Shown in pieces: positions 12,518 to 25,010 of a DNA stretch of 47,516 nt. Location: assembly GCA_038087875.1 (NCBI GenBank), contig JAXLNO010000423.1:124001-171516 (forward strand), read 5' to 3'. The position numbers and the translations under genes were made by a program. The notes below the pieces were generated by a model. That model searched no databases and was not told the origin of the DNA. It saw only the letters and a program-made list of their open reading frames with translations. Numbering within the stretch: position 1 is the stretch's first letter; each line of letters opens with the position of its first letter. Source of the DNA: Malacoraja senta (lineage: Eukaryota).

Positions 12518-13255
12518 CTATTGATGAGTGATGAAGTTACAATTAGGGCACGTTTGCCGGGCACGTCCCCCGGGAGCAGTTCCGAACCCCGGGGCACGTC
12601 CCCCTTGAGCAGTGAGCGACCCCGGGGGTCGCGACTGGGGCGTGTTCATCAAACGGCTGGAAGTGCTGGCAAGGTTAATATCATGGTCAGCCGGTGACAC
12701 CGCCGAGGTGACAGCCTCAGCCAAGCGGGTAGCGTGCATTGCATCGTTAAAAGTCAGATCGGGCCTCCGCAAAAGTTCGGCCCCGAGCATATCGTCGCGG
12801 AGACCGTAAACCAGAAGATCCCTAATAATCTCCTCGGGGGTCAGCGTGTTGAGGCGGCACCGCCTGGCCAGGTGCCGCAGCGCAGCGACATAGTTCTCTG
12901 CAGATTCCCCAGGGAGCTGACACCGCGCGAACAGTTTAAAACGTTCTAAGATGCAGTTTGTTGGAATGTCACAAATAGCACTAAACTTAGCCACCAGACA
13001 TACCGGGTCCCGAGCAGATTCTCCATCAGCGTAGACGAAGAAGTCAGAGCGAGCCAGGGCCTCGGGACCAGCCAAGTTGAGAAGCAGAGAGGCTGTGAGC
13101 TCTGGGGTGGCGGCAGGATGAGCGATCGTGACATATTGGTCAAAGTCACGTTTGAAGACATCCCATCGATGGGCAATGTCAGAATCGAAAACGAGCACAT
13201 CAGGCTTACGGGCAGAAGTGGCCATAATGAGGAAATTAGAAGGTTGGGGAAACAA
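12518..13255 (-). pseudogene. gag: Gypsy gag, broken at the CCHC zinc-knuckle region
   Basis: WDVFKRDF...ERFKLFARCQLPGESAENYVAALRHLARRC...IRDLLVYGL; knuckle CNVCKKLNHFAAAC is in the next ORF. Confidence 0.85.
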
Positions 13256-13525
13256 AAAACTGGGATAAAATTAAATGATAAACCGATAGACAGGAGGCGC
13301 AAGGTAAGAGGTATGACACCATGTAATGATGTTCTAACGACACACCGTTACTTTACTATCTTTATTCATACTGGAGCATTACATATTGCACTAGCTGTAC
13401 GTGGTCTGTCTCAGGAACTAGAGAGCGATCTGTGGGTGGGGAGGTTGTAGTTATACTTGTGATATGGGGAGTGGTTAGTAGTGATGAGGTCACTATATAA
13501 AAGGCACATGCATATATCATCTACA

Positions 13526-14437
13526 TCCGTCCCCTTGGAAACGACAGGCAAATACAATAGTGACAGGGCGACCACGGCTCATGCACTAGGACAGTTAAAC
13601 AAAATCGCCATAGCGGACCGGCGGTTTGACAACACGTCCCGACCGGGTTCGCATCTCGCCATCCTCCCTTCCGGCAGGAAGAAGAGGCACCGATGGGGAC
13701 AGACGAACCAGAAAGGGGGAAACGGGAGGAGACAGAGGAGACCGCAGCACCAGAACCGGAGGTGATGCGGGGTCAGGAGCGGGCAGAGCGCGGGCAGGCG
13801 AGTGACGACTAGCCGGAGTAGGGTGGGATGGAAGGAGTTGAGGTGGTGTAGACCGTTGCATGTTAGGAAGGACGGGCAGAGCATCGCCCGGACGTGGAAA
13901 CTGTAGTGGGGGAGCAAAGGGATCCGCGGCAGGCGGCCGCGGCTCGTTGACGAGCCGAAGGTGCTGGCGGGACCGTCGGTAAATGGTTCCCGCATGGTCG
14001 ACGAGATAAGACCTGGGCGACCCCGCAGAGCCGATGACGGTAATGAGCTTGGAGTGACCGGAAGGGGTCTGCATGCGGACAACTTGACCGGGGAAGAGGC
14101 GCGGCAGCGGGTGGCAGGACCTGTCATGGGAATGCTTCTGGACATCGTGCCTGAAGGCAATGCGTTTCTGAACCGCAGCAGGCGTGAGGACAGATGGTAT
14201 GAGGGAGCGCTGGGCCACAGGGAGCGGGAGTCTGGTAGCGCGAGACATGAGCCGCTGAGCAGGGGAACCCATGGCAGAGTCGCGGGAGATGTTGCGGAGG
14301 TTGAGGAGGGCCAGATAGAAATCGGAGTTGGATAAACTACATTGTTCCAGCAAGTTCTTTGCACTGCGGACGGCGCGCTCGGCCAGACCGTTGCTTTGCG
14401 GGTACTCCGGGCTGCTGGTGAAATGGTGGAAGTTCCA
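13526..14437 (-). mobile_element. Second, partial copy of the Gypsy 3' internal region (PPT + integrase C-terminus) sharing the 13322-13525 LTR
   Basis: Near-identical to 9160-10051; ORF 13595-14353 matches the end of ORF 9229-10416. Confidence 0.9.
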
Positions 14438-15120
14438 AGAAAGCTTTTGGTGTGCTGGCCTTTATAAATCAGAGCATTGAATATAGAAGTTGGGATGTAA
14501 TGTTAAAATTGTACAAGGCATTGGTGAGGCCAATTCTGGAGTATGGAGTACAATTTTGGTCGCCTAATTATAGGAAGGATGTCAACAAAATAGAGAGAGT
14601 ACAGAGGAGATTTACTAGAATGTTGCCTGGGTTTCAGCAACTAAGTTACAGAGAAAGGTTGAACAAGTTAGGTCTTTATTCTTTGGAGCGCAGAAGGTTA
14701 AGAGGGGACTTGATAGAGGTCTTTAAAATTATGAGCGGGTTAGACAGTTGACGTGGATAAGCTTTTCCCATTGCGAGTAGGGAAGATTCAAACAAGGGGA
14801 CATGACTTGAGAATTAAGGGACAGAAGTTTAAGGGTAACATTAGGGGGAACTTCTTTACTCAGAGTGGTAGCTGTGTGGAATGAGCTTCCAGTGGAAGTG
14901 GTGGAGGTAGGTTCGATTTAATCCTTTAAAAATAGATTGGATGGGTATATGGACGGGAAAGGAATGGAGGGTTATGGTCTGAGTGCAGGTAGATGGGACT
15001 AGGGGGAAGTAAGAAGAAAGAAGGGAAAAAAAAGAAAGAAAAAAAAGTGTTCGACACGGACTTGAAGGGCCGAGTTGGCCTGTTTTCGTGCTGTAATGGT
15101 TATATGGTTATATGGTTATA
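14437..15120 (+). mobile_element. CR1 3' end, a duplicate of 8545-8955 without the deletion, ending in a (TTATATGG)n tail
   Basis: LYKALVRPILEYGVQFWSP...LERRRLRGDLIEVFK. Shares the A-rich 3' UTR segment and the GACAGTTGACG lesion with 8545-8955. Confidence 0.92.
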
Positions 15121-16570
15121 ACCCAAAACTCCCAAGCAACCCTTTGCAGTGCCTTTTCACTTCAACCCAAACCCCCCAAGCAACCCTTTGCAGCCTTTTC
15201 ACTTCAACCCAAACCCCCTAAGCAACCCTTTGCAGTGCCTTTTCACTTCAACCCAAACAACCCTTTGAAGTGCTTTTTCACTTCAACCCAAACCCCTCAA
15301 AGAACCCTTTGCAGTGCCTTTTCACTTCAACCCAAACCCCCCAAACAACCCTTTGCAGTGCCTTTTCACTTCAACCCAAACCCCCCAAACAACCCTTTGC
15401 AATGCCTTTTCACTTCAACCCAAAACACCCAAACAACCCTTTGCAGTGCCTTTTTACTTCAACCCAAAACCCCCAAACAACCCTTTGCAGTGCCTTTTTA
15501 CTTCAACCCAAAACCCCCAAACAACCCTTTGCAGTGCCTTTTTACTTCAACCCCAAACCCCCAAACAACCCTTTTCAGTGCCTTTTTACTTCAACCCAAA
15601 ACCCCCAAACAACCCTTTGCAGTGCCTTTTTACTTCAACCCAAAACCCCCAAACAACCCTTTCCAGTGCCTTGTTACTTCAACCCAAACCCCCCAAACAA
15701 CCCTTTGTAGTGCCTTTTGACTTCAACCCAAACACCCCCAACAACCATTTGCAGTGCCTTTTTACTTCAACCCAACCTCCCCAAACAACCATTTGCAGTG
15801 CCTTTTTACTTCAACCGAACCCCCCCCCAAACAACCACTTGCAGTGCCTTTTTACTTCAACCCAACCCCCCTAACAACCATTTGCAGCGCCTTTTTACTT
15901 CAACCGAACCCCCCCCCAAACAACCATTTGCAGTGCCTTTTTACTTCAACCCAACCCCCCCAAACAACCATTTGCAGTGCCTTTTTACTTCAACCCAAAC
16001 CCCCCAAACAACCATTTGCAGTGCCTTTTTACTTCAACCCAAAACTCCCAAACAACCCTTTGCAGTGCTTTTTCACTTCAACCCAAACCCCCCAAACAAC
16101 CCTTTGCAGTGCCTTTTCACTTCAACCCCAAAACCCCAAACAACCCTTTGCAGTGCCTTTTTACTGCAACCCAAAACCGCCTAACAACCCTTTGCAGTGC
16201 CTTTTTACTTCAACCCAAAACCCCCAAACAACCCTATGAAGTGCCTTTTTACTTCAACCCCAAACCCCCAAACAACCCTTTGCAGTGGCTTTTTACTTCA
16301 ACCCGAAACCCCCAAACAACCCTTTGCAGTGCTTTTTTACTTCAACCCCAAACCCCCAAACAACCCTTTGCAGTGGCTTTTTACTTCAACCCCAAACCCC
16401 CAAACAACCCTTTGCCATGCTTTTTTACTTCAACCCTAACCCCACAAACAACCCTTTGCAGTGCCTTTTTACTTCAACCCAAAACCCCCAAACAACCATT
16501 TGCAGTGCCTTTTTACTTCAACCCAAAACCCCCCAAACAACCATTTGCAGTGCCTTTTTACTTCAAACCA
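15121..16570. repeat. Tandem repeat B (~43-44-bp unit, ~33 copies), Helitron-internal minisatellite
   Basis: Repeated AAACAACCCTTTGCAGTGCCTTTTTACTTCAACCCAAAACCCCC, with a central block of CCATTTG variants. Confidence 0.95.
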
Positions 16571-16603
16571 ACCATATTTTCATTTTTAAACCACATTAAG
16601 GGC

Positions 16604-16711
16604 ACTCACAGTTGAGTAGACATGTGTTCAGTGTTATTCAGACAGACATGACCCTCTTGCTTCCTCCATCTTGCAGAGACTGAGTGAGGCACACCACTTC
16701 TGGGTTTTATA
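16604..16711 (-). promoter_or_regulatory. Helitron-borne TATA-Inr-exon 1-splice donor cassette (copy 1b)
   Basis: TATAAAA starts at 16711; Inr TCAGTC has its A at 16681 (30 nt); YY1-like CAAGATGG just downstream; donor ACT|GTGAGT at 16610/16609. Confidence 0.6.
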
Positions 16712-17714
16712 GTCCCTCCCCCCTCTCAGCAGCAGGGGCAGCAGAGAGAATGGCAAACTGTTAAAAAAAAATAATAGCTCTCTGATTTTTCATCGATGGG
16801 AAAAATCCTCCGGTCCAGAGGGGGGCTCTGAGCGAGGTGGCCAGTAATGACGGCCGTAAGTGGCGGGGTTCTCTCGGAAATCACATCGCAGTGAGTCAAA
16901 AGCGGTCAAGATCTTACTTTTAGTAATATAGATAGATATTCCATTCATTCTTCAGATGTTCTGAACTGTGGGAGATGTGGAATTCATTCATACCAAACAT
17001 TTCCTGCAACAAGGTGTTCATTGTATCAACAGGCCATATTCTTGGATATCTTCTGCATTGTCATTTAGAAATCTTGGTTTCAACATCAACCTACAGGCCC
17101 AATGCACTTCACTTTAAAGCAAACTAACCACTGTTCACACATTATATTTGGACCTTTCTGGTGTGTCTGCATAAGATCAGATGTTGTTTCTCAAAAGGAG
17201 CACCCATAAGTTAGCTGGCAACATGGATTTAACCTGGTTTAAACTTCATAATGAAAGGCTGTTCTCATGCATAATATAATTCTTCCTGGCCATCTCCCTG
17301 CATCTTGCTGCACTTTTATAAATTCTGCTTGCCATTGGTGGCACATACATCACAATTTTCAACAATATTTGCAATTTCACAGAAAATTAAGCATCCACCA
17401 AGTGGAAAATTATAATGGTGCATTATTTGCAGCAGAAAATAACATCCATAAAGAGAGAGTTCCACCGCCTGCTCTTTCCATTTAATGAATTATATTCACC
17501 GTTTCCTAACATTTGCAATGGGGAGCCAGCAGTGATCAGGGCCTCAAATGGACATGAATCCTATGGTGAAAGGGAACTGGGGAAAATTTTGCAAATGCCT
17601 CACTTGCTGATTCTCAAAGCCTTTTGACTACCTCTGCGGCACATGTCATAGAGTGACACATACACACAAAAACAAGCTTTCAGCCCACTGAATCCACTTC
17701 ATCCAGACGATTCC

Positions 17715-18180
17715 CATTTCAGGTGTGCGATCAAACATTCATCACTTCTCTGATTGAATTCAGTGCCAGAAGTGCTCACCACCATTTGGGAAAAAGCAAG
17801 TTATTTGACAGGCACACCATCCACCAACTCACAAATTAATTGCTCCACCACTCCTGCACCACGACAATAATATCTGCTTACCTAGACTATCCTTTCAACA
17901 TTTCCAAAATTTAAGATCCCTGTCGCCAAGAGCAGTAGGCACATGGGAGCACCACCATATACTGGTTCCCTTGTAAGTCATAAATCATCATGCTTTGGAC
18001 ATATATCGCCAGACCTTCATCGCTATTGGGTCTGAATCGTGGAGTTCCCTCTTCAAAACTCATCTGGGAGATAGAATACAGCAGTTCAAAAGTGACTCAC
18101 CACCTCTTTCTCTTAGCTTGGACAACGTATGCTGGGCCTGCAAGTGATGCCCCGATCCCAAGGAATAAATGAGCAAATAA
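17715..18180 (+). mobile_element. Old, degraded LINE 3' end (CR1/L2 group)
   Basis: TTCAAAAGTGACTCACCACCTC...ATGCTGGGCCTGCAAGTGATGCCC...AATAAA; an inverted relative lies at 38620-38955. Confidence 0.5.
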
Positions 18181-19337
18181 ATCTCTACAACTCCTTACAC
18201 ATCTTACAATTCATACAACAGCAAGATGATCTGTTTCTACCTTATGCAGAGGGTCAGAATTTGGTTTGTTTTCACAGTTAAGAATTTTGCCCTTTCTTCA
18301 CATAATTAACTAGTAGACTTAAACTGTAGCAAAAATGAATAAAACGGTTATTTATTCCAAGAGTGTTTAAGGAAATGAATGACCAATAGCCATGGAAAGA
18401 TCTTTCTGAAAGGAGAAGGACTTGGTTTCGCAGAATGTATTAAAAAAAATCAGTTGTCTTCCAGAGATCTATAATCACAAGATAAGCACATTAGTCAGAA
18501 AAACAGAAAGACAAACATTCAATATGCTCTAAAGGTTCATCAAGCTTGTTATGGTGAGTATGATTGACCTGAATCATATGAACATTTCCTTAAAAATTTT
18601 CAGAGACTGAGAGACATGCTCAAATTAACTTTTGATGGTTGTATTTCTCTGCAGAATGAAAGAAGTGTAATTTCTTCATTTGATTACTTCTTAGACTACC
18701 ATGTGTGTTTAAAAAAGCTTCATTTTCTATATTATGCTTTGGTTCCAAAATTTAGTTCCCGCAATGTGAATGTATGAATATACTGTGGATGAACCTCTAT
18801 CCAAGTATGTTAGATGTCCATCCAACTTAATAATTGATATTTTGTAATGAAGATTAGTGTGGAGTCCAAGAACTTCTGGCTGAGGGGTTGGGTTGATGGA
18901 AGCAAATATTCTCACAGCATTTAAGAAGCATCTGGATGAATATTTGAATTGCCAAGGATTAGCAGGTCATGGACTAGGTTTTTGTAAATAAGATTGTCCA
19001 CCTGGTAATCATTGGCTGAAGGGCCTATCTCTGTGATGTCCACTGTCCTATCACTTCTGTTTCTCGCACAACTCCAGTGGTCAAGCTTCACCAGGTGAAA
19101 TGCCTTAATGCAGATGGAAAACAAACCTCAGTGAGCATCAAGTTACCAATTCACAAGCTAATTAAACCTCCTCCCCATGGTCTTTCTCTTCTATGCTTTT
19201 GTTCTGTTGCTGAAACCAATGTGTTTCCAATACAATGGAATTCCAATACAATTCGCTGCTCAATATAACGTGCCACTTCCCATTACTGTTTTTCACCAAC
19301 CTTCACTTGGTATCACTGTAGTCACACTAAGATTTTA

Positions 19338-20000
19338 GAACATAGAACAGCACAGTGCAGGAACGGGCTCTTCAGGCCACAATGTTTGCTGCTGAACATG
19401 TTGCCAATTTAAAATTAACCTGATTAATTTTTAAACAAATGTAATCCGCTGCACAGGATCCACATCCCCCCCATTCTCTGCATATTTATGAGTCTGTTTA
19501 AATGCCTCCTAAACATTGCTTTCATATCTGCTTCCAGCACCAACACTGGCAGCTACTACTCTCTGTGTAAAAAGACTTGCCTCCCAAATCTCCTTTAAAC
19601 TTTCCATTCTCACCTGAAATCTATGCCCTCCAGTATTTGACATTTCCACCCTATCTAAACTTCTAATGCTCCAGAGAAACCAATCCAAGTTTGTCCAACC
19701 TCCCCACATGACTAATACTCTTTAATCCAGGCAACATCCTGGCAAACTTCATTTGCACCATTTCCAAAGCCTTCACATTTTTTTCCTGTAATGCAGCAGC
19801 TGCAACATAACTTCTCATCTTTCATACTCTATGCTCTGACCAGTAAATAAAAAGGTATTCTGCACACTTTATTTGCCACTCCATTTACTTGTGTTGCCAT
19901 CACCAAGATTTTACTGCATGTCAAAGTTGCCAAGTGTCCTGCCATTTACTGTATATGTTCCCTTTATATTTGACCTTCCAAAGCAAAACACCTCACATTT
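19338..20000 (-). mobile_element. Degraded CR1 3' fragment
   Basis: AGAACATAGAACAG tail; the minus strand encodes remnants such as NTGGHRFQV...FTQRVV. Confidence 0.7.
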
Positions 20001-20029
20001 ATTCGAATGAACCTCCATCTGTCACCAGG

Positions 20030-20903
20030 CTCTCACCAGGGTCTCTTCAATACCCCGCAACACTGCTCTCTCTCCCCATCCCCCACTCGGAACAAGGGCA
20101 GAGTCTCCGTAGTCCTCACCTTCCACCCCACTAGCCGTCACATACAACAAATAGTCCTCCGTCATTTTCGCCACCTCCAACGTGACCCCACCACTCGCCA
20201 CATCTTCCCATCTCCCCCCCCTGTCTGCTTTCCACAAAGACCTCTCCCTCCATAACTCCCAGGTCAATTCTTCTCTTCTCACCCGCACCACCCCCTCCCC
20301 GGGCACTTTCCATTGCAACCGCAGGAGATGCTACACTTGTCGCTTTACCTCCCCCTTCGACTCCATTCAAGGACCCAAGCAGTCATTCCAGGTGTGACAG
20401 ACGTTCACCTGCAACTTCTCCAACCTCATCTATTGCATCCGCTGCTCTAGATGTCAGCTGATCTACATCGGTGAGACCAAGCGTAGGCTTGGCGATCGTT
20501 TCGCTGACCACCTCCGCTCGGTCCGCATTAACCAACCTGATCTCCCTGTGGCTCAGCACTTAAACTCCCCCTCCCATTCCAAATACGACCTTTCTGTCCT
20601 GGGCCTCCTCCATGGCCAGATGGAGCACCACCGGAAATTGGAGGAGCAGCACCTCATATTCCGCTTGGGCAGTCTGCACCCCAGCGGCGTGAACATTGAC
20701 TTCTCCAAATTCCGGTAGCCCTTGCTGTCTCCTCCCCTTCTCAACTCACCCTCAGCACTCTGGCTCCTCCTCTTCCTTTCCTAATCCCACCCCCCCAAAC
20801 TACATCAGTCTGAAGAAAGGTTTTGACCTGAAACGTTGCCTATTTCCTTCGCTCCATAGATGCTGCCTCACCCGCTGAGTTTCTCCAGCACTTTTGTCTA
20901 CCT
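20030..20903 (+). mobile_element. Penelope-like element 3' part (linker, GIY-YIG, pLTR with hammerhead motif)
   Basis: Same GIY-YIG sequence as 108-434 (stop ~20718), followed by CTGAAGAAAGGTTTTGACCTGAAACGTTG at 20810-20838. Confidence 0.9.
20806..20843 (+). ncRNA. Minimal type I hammerhead ribozyme motif (PLE pLTR)
   Basis: CTGAAGA-A-stem II AGGT(TTTG)ACCT-GAAAC-GTT, with palindromic AACGTT helix III. Stem I is weak. Confidence 0.55.
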
Positions 20904-20914
20904 CCACCCATATT

Positions 20915-21880
20915 TGGATAGGCAGAGTCTGAATAAAGATGGTCAACATGGCTGTACATGGGAAATCACATCTCACAAATCTAATGAGAAGTTTTCGAAG
21001 GCGTAAACAAGAAGATTGATAAAGGCAGAACAGTGATGTTGTCTATATGGACTTTACCAAGGCATTTGAATAGCTCCCACATGGTACGCTGGTCTGGAAG
21101 GTTAGATAGCATTCAATCCAAGGTGACTAGCCAATTGAATTCAAAATTAACTTGGAGAAAGCAGTTAAAAGGTACTTGCGAAGGCTGTTTTTCTGATTGG
21201 AGGCCTGCAAAGATCAGTATTTGGTCTGCCGCTATTTGTCAACATTAACAAATTGGATGACAAAGTTTTCATTGTTAAATGATGCATTGTTAGTATATTT
21301 TTCAGAGGATACTAAATTAGATGACATGGTAGGCAAGAGGAAGGCTCTCGAAATTTAAAACAAGCTCTGGATCATTTGGGAAGGTGGTCAAGGAATGGCA
21401 AATGCAATTTAACTTTGACAAGTGTGAGGCGTTGCTCTTTGGAAATGTCAAAACAGGGCAGCACTAACAGTTTACGGTAAAGCTCTGGAGAGTGTTGCAG
21501 AACAGAGAGGTCTGGGAGTACAGGTACTTGGTTCCTTGACACTGGCGAGTCAGGTGGACAGGGTGATACAGTGGCATTTCACATGCTTGGCATCATTGAG
21601 AAGGGTATCGGGTACCAAAGTTGACATCATGATGCAGCTGTACAAGTTGTCGGGTAGACCACACTTTGAGTATAAGAAGGATGACATTAACTTGAAAAGG
21701 GTGCAAATAAAATTCGCAAGGAAATTAACTGGGCTTGCAGACCTCAGTTGTAGACAAAGATGGGATAGGCTGGGATTTTATTCTGGAAAGCATCAGAGGC
21801 TGAGGGTTGGATACACTCTTGTCGAGAGTGTACAAGTTTGTTAGGGGCATGGATTAAGTGAACGCTCGCAGTCTTTTTCT
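20915..21880 (+). mobile_element. Degraded CR1 RT fragment
   Basis: GATGTTGTCTATATGGACTTTACCAAGGCATTTG (DVVYMDFTKAF); LYKLSGRPHFEY. Confidence 0.8.
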
Positions 21881-22310
21881 CAACATAAAATACTGATCTT
21901 CCATCTCAGGTAGGCTCTAAAGATCTCTTTGTATGGTGTAGGAGGCAAGGCTTTAGATTGCTGAGGAATTAGGACTGTTTCAGGAGGCCAGACATGTTAC
22001 ACATCAGTAGGAATGGGACTAAACTCCTTGTGGAGGAGTTTGCTCATGCTTTGGGTATGGTTCTAAAGTAGCTTGAATAACACTGTAAAGGTAGAATCAA
22101 AAAAAGTTAAGCAGGAAAAGAGACAGGTGTTGAAGTATTATTTAGGAAATCCAAGTGAAAGTGGAAGGGACTACAGCAGGACCACAATAGGGGTAATAGG
22201 AGTGCATCAGGTGGGATAGTGTACCAGCAAATGCACCCAGAATTCATAACTGGACAAAAAGGTCGATGGCATAGGTAGAAATAAATAATGATCTGCCAAC
22301 AATTACATAG

Positions 22311-23150
22311 ACAATGATACAATGATACAATTTATTTGTTGTCATTTGAACCTCATTGAGGTTCAAACGAAATTTGGTTTCTGCAGTCATACAAACAAGT
22401 AGAAGAACTAAGACACAACACAATTTACACAAACATCCATCACAGCGATTCTCCTCCTCGCTGTGATGGAAGACAAAGTCTTATCTCTCCCCTGCACTCC
22501 CCATTCTCCTCCTGATGTCAAAGTCAAAGCCCCCAGCGGGCGATGGTAAATAAGTCCCGCGGCCATTAAAGCCGCGCCGGGCGATGCAAGGCCATGCTCC
22601 GGGTCTTGATGTTGGAGCCCCCGGCGGATGCTAGCAAGTCCCGTGGCCATTTAAAGCCATGCCGGGCAATGTAAGGCCCCACTCCAGGTCATCCTCAACC
22701 TCGCAACTCGGGCGGGAGAAGTCGCCGTTGCGGAAGCCCCAAAAAGCGGTCTCCCACCAGGGACCCGCGGGCTCCTGATGTCACCATCCACCAGACCTGC
22801 GGCTGGAGCCTCCGAATCTCCGGGGTCGGGCCGCAGCAGCGCGCCACCACAGCTCCTCCCGCTCCAAACTCGGCCAGCTCCATGATGGTAAGTCTGCAGG
22901 CTCCGCGACTGGAGCCCCAGGTCGTTCCGGTTGGAGGCCACTCCACGGTGCAAGGCCCCAACGACAACGGAGACCCGACAGGGAAAAGTTCGGGTCCTCC
23001 GTACAGGGAAAAGATTTTAAAAGTTTCCCCACCCCCACCCACATACCCAATTAAAAAAAACCCACTATAACTACACACAAACGAGACAACAAATTTTAAA
23101 AAGACAGACGGACTGCAGAGGCCACTGCGACGTGAGTCGCGCCGCCCACC
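22311..23150 (-). mobile_element. Non-coding GC-rich retroposon, copy 1 (Rex1/Babar-type 3' end)
   Basis: Minus-strand 5' end GGTGGGCGGCGCGAC...CTGCAGTCCGTCTG; 3' end AATTTCG-[TTTGAACCTC AAT GAGGTTCAAA]-TGACAA..AATAAA-(ATTGTATC)n. Homologous to 33081-33960. Confidence 0.8.
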
Positions 23151-23192
23151 CGAGACATGCTCGCAAGTGACTGAGGTTGGGAACTGAATATT

Positions 23193-23380
23193 CAGAAGAT
23201 AAACACAAAATGCTGGAGTAACTCAATGGGTCTGGCAGCGTCATTGGAGAAAAGGAATAGGTCCTTTGGGATAGGAGCGTATTACTTTTCTTCATAGATG
23301 CTGCCTGATCAGCTGAGTTACTCCAGCATTTCGTGTCTCTCTTTGGTGTGAAACAAAATTTGCAGTTTCTTCCTGCACAC
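23193..23380. mobile_element. Inverted pair of PLE pLTR fragments (ribozyme cores lost)
   Basis: ACACAAAATGCTGGAGTAACTCA is mirrored by TGAGTTACTCCAGCATTTCGTGT. Confidence 0.7.
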
Positions 23381-23399
23381 TGAGTATTCAAAAGTGTTA

Positions 23400-23525
23400 A
23401 AGAAGGAACTGCAGATGCTGGAAAATTGAAGGTACACAAAAATGCTGGAGAAACTCAGCGGGTGCAGCAGCATCTATGGAGTGAAGGAAATAGGCAACGT
23501 TTCGGGCCGAAACCCTTCTTCAGAC
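23400..23525 (-). mobile_element. PLE pLTR fragment with an intact hammerhead core (23491-23525)
   Basis: Minus strand reads GT-CTGAAGA-A-GGGT(TTCG)GCCC-GAAAC-GTTGCCTA. Confidence 0.75.
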
Positions 23526-24144
23526 AGTGGTTGACAATTTGAGCAGAAAGGGAATAAAAGTGGAATAGGCCTGTAAATAAAGGATAGTTCTGCTAAATAT
23601 CACTCTTCATGGCAGTGATGGAGAATGATGTTGGCACAAAGGCTCAAGATGTGAAATTAGACAAGAAATAGTAAAGGTTAGCAGCAGCTGGTGAAAGTGG
23701 TACACATCTCCAAACATTAAGACAGAATATAAATCAAGTAATAATGAGGGCTTGTAAGAACATTCGTTTTAGATTTTAGTTTTAGACGTACAGCATGGAC
23801 ACAGGCCTTTTGGCCCATCGGGTCTACACCAACCATTAATCACACGTTAACATGAGTTCTATGTTATCCCATTATCTCATCCACTCCCTAAAAACTAGGG
23901 GCAATTTAGAGAGGCCAAGTAACCTACAAACCTGCATGTCTCTGGGATGTGGGAGGAAACCGGAGCACCCAGAGGAAACCCTGGTGGTCAAGAGTCAAGA
24001 GTGTTTTACTGTCATGTATCCCAGATAGAACAATGAAATTCTTACTTGCTGCAGCACAACAGAATATGTAAACATAGGACACTGTAAAGACATTAACGAG
24101 AGAGAGAAAAAAAGTTCAGTGTGTACAGTATATATACACATACC

Positions 24145-24149
<5 letters not shown>

Positions 24150-24222
<73 letters not shown>
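24150..24222. repeat. (TA)n microsatellite at the Helitron target site
   Basis: Pure TA run that continues after 35146. Confidence 0.95.
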
Positions 24223-24223
<1 letters not shown>

Positions 24224-24464
24224 TAGACTAAGTGGGACCCGTTGGGTCCCAGCATCACACGGGAGGGCTGGTCACCAACGCAATATTCCACCTCTCCACC
24301 AATTCCAATATTGCTCGCAAGTGGGGGGGGGGGGGGGGGGGGTTCTGTTGTGCTAGTATGGGTGTTGCGGGCCAAAGGTACTGGTTTCCAGAGGACAAGT
24401 ATAGACATTGTGGGCCAAATGGATTCTTGGGCTGGCAGCCAACTGTTGTAATGATTTTAAAAGC

Positions 24465-25010
24465 CAAGCCAAGGCAAACAATTTGGCTGCAGCCACTCGA
24501 CAACCAAAATCCATTTTGTGAAAACAAACTTTTCAAAAGGCGAGGCAAACAATTTGGCTGCAGCCACCTGACAACCTAAATCCATTTTGTGAACACAAAC
24601 TTTTTAAAAGGCGAGGCAAACAATTTGGCTGCAGCCAGCTGACAACCAAAATCCATTTTGTGAACACAAACTTTTTAAAAGGCAAGGCAAACAATTTGGC
24701 TGCAGCCACCTGACAACCAAAATTCATTTTGTGAATACAAACTTTTTAAAAGGCGAGGCAAACAATTTTGCTGCAGCCACCTGACAACCAAAATTCATTT
24801 TGTGAACACAAACTTTTTAAAAGGCGAGGCAAACAACTGGGCTGCAGCCACCTGACAACCAAAATTCATTTTGTGAACACAAACTTTTTAAAAGGCAAGG
24901 CAAACAATTGGGCAGCAGCCACCTGACAACCAAAATTCATTTTGTGAACACAAACTTTTTAAAAAGACGAGGCAAACAATTGGGCACCAGCCACATGACA
25001 ACCAAAATTT
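24465..25010. repeat. Tandem repeat C (~71-72-bp unit), left part
   Basis: Unit AAAAGGCGAGGCAAACAATTTGGCTGCAGCCACCTGACAACCAAAATTCATTTTGTGAACACAAACTTTTT. Confidence 0.95.

Larger units (their letters stand above)
8956..13525 (-). mobile_element. Gypsy/Ty3 LTR retrotransposon (probably Mag/SURL-like lineage), degenerate, with two 204-bp LTRs
   Basis: LTRs at 8956-9159 and 13322-13525 (TG...CA). PPT CCAAGGGGAAGGA adjoins 9159 and a PBS-like TGGTGTCA lies at 13314-13321. Domain order is gag-PR-RT-RH-IN. Confidence 0.92.
5091..16932 (-). mobile_element. Non-autonomous Helitron, copy 1 (composite; interrupted by CR1 and Gypsy)
   Basis: Minus-strand 5' end A|TCTATATTACTAAAAG at 16932 and 3' end CTAG|T at 5091. 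Subterminal hairpin TGGGACCC-ATT-GGGTCCCA (5101-5119). Both ends are shared with copy 2. Confidence 0.85.

Noticed and set aside
9142..14364. Antisense and alternative-frame ORFs overlapping the Gypsy element
   Set aside because: Shadow ORFs of GC-rich gag-pol sequence.
15121..16570. CRISPR-like periodic array (also 24465-25010 and 34121-34800)
   Set aside because: Units are contiguous with no unique spacers, there are no cas genes and the context is eukaryotic; these are minisatellites.
22408..23078. ORFs within the GC-rich retroposons (also 27281-28142 and 33080-33936)
   Set aside because: Frames break between copies through indels and no domain is recognisable; long ORFs are expected at this GC content.
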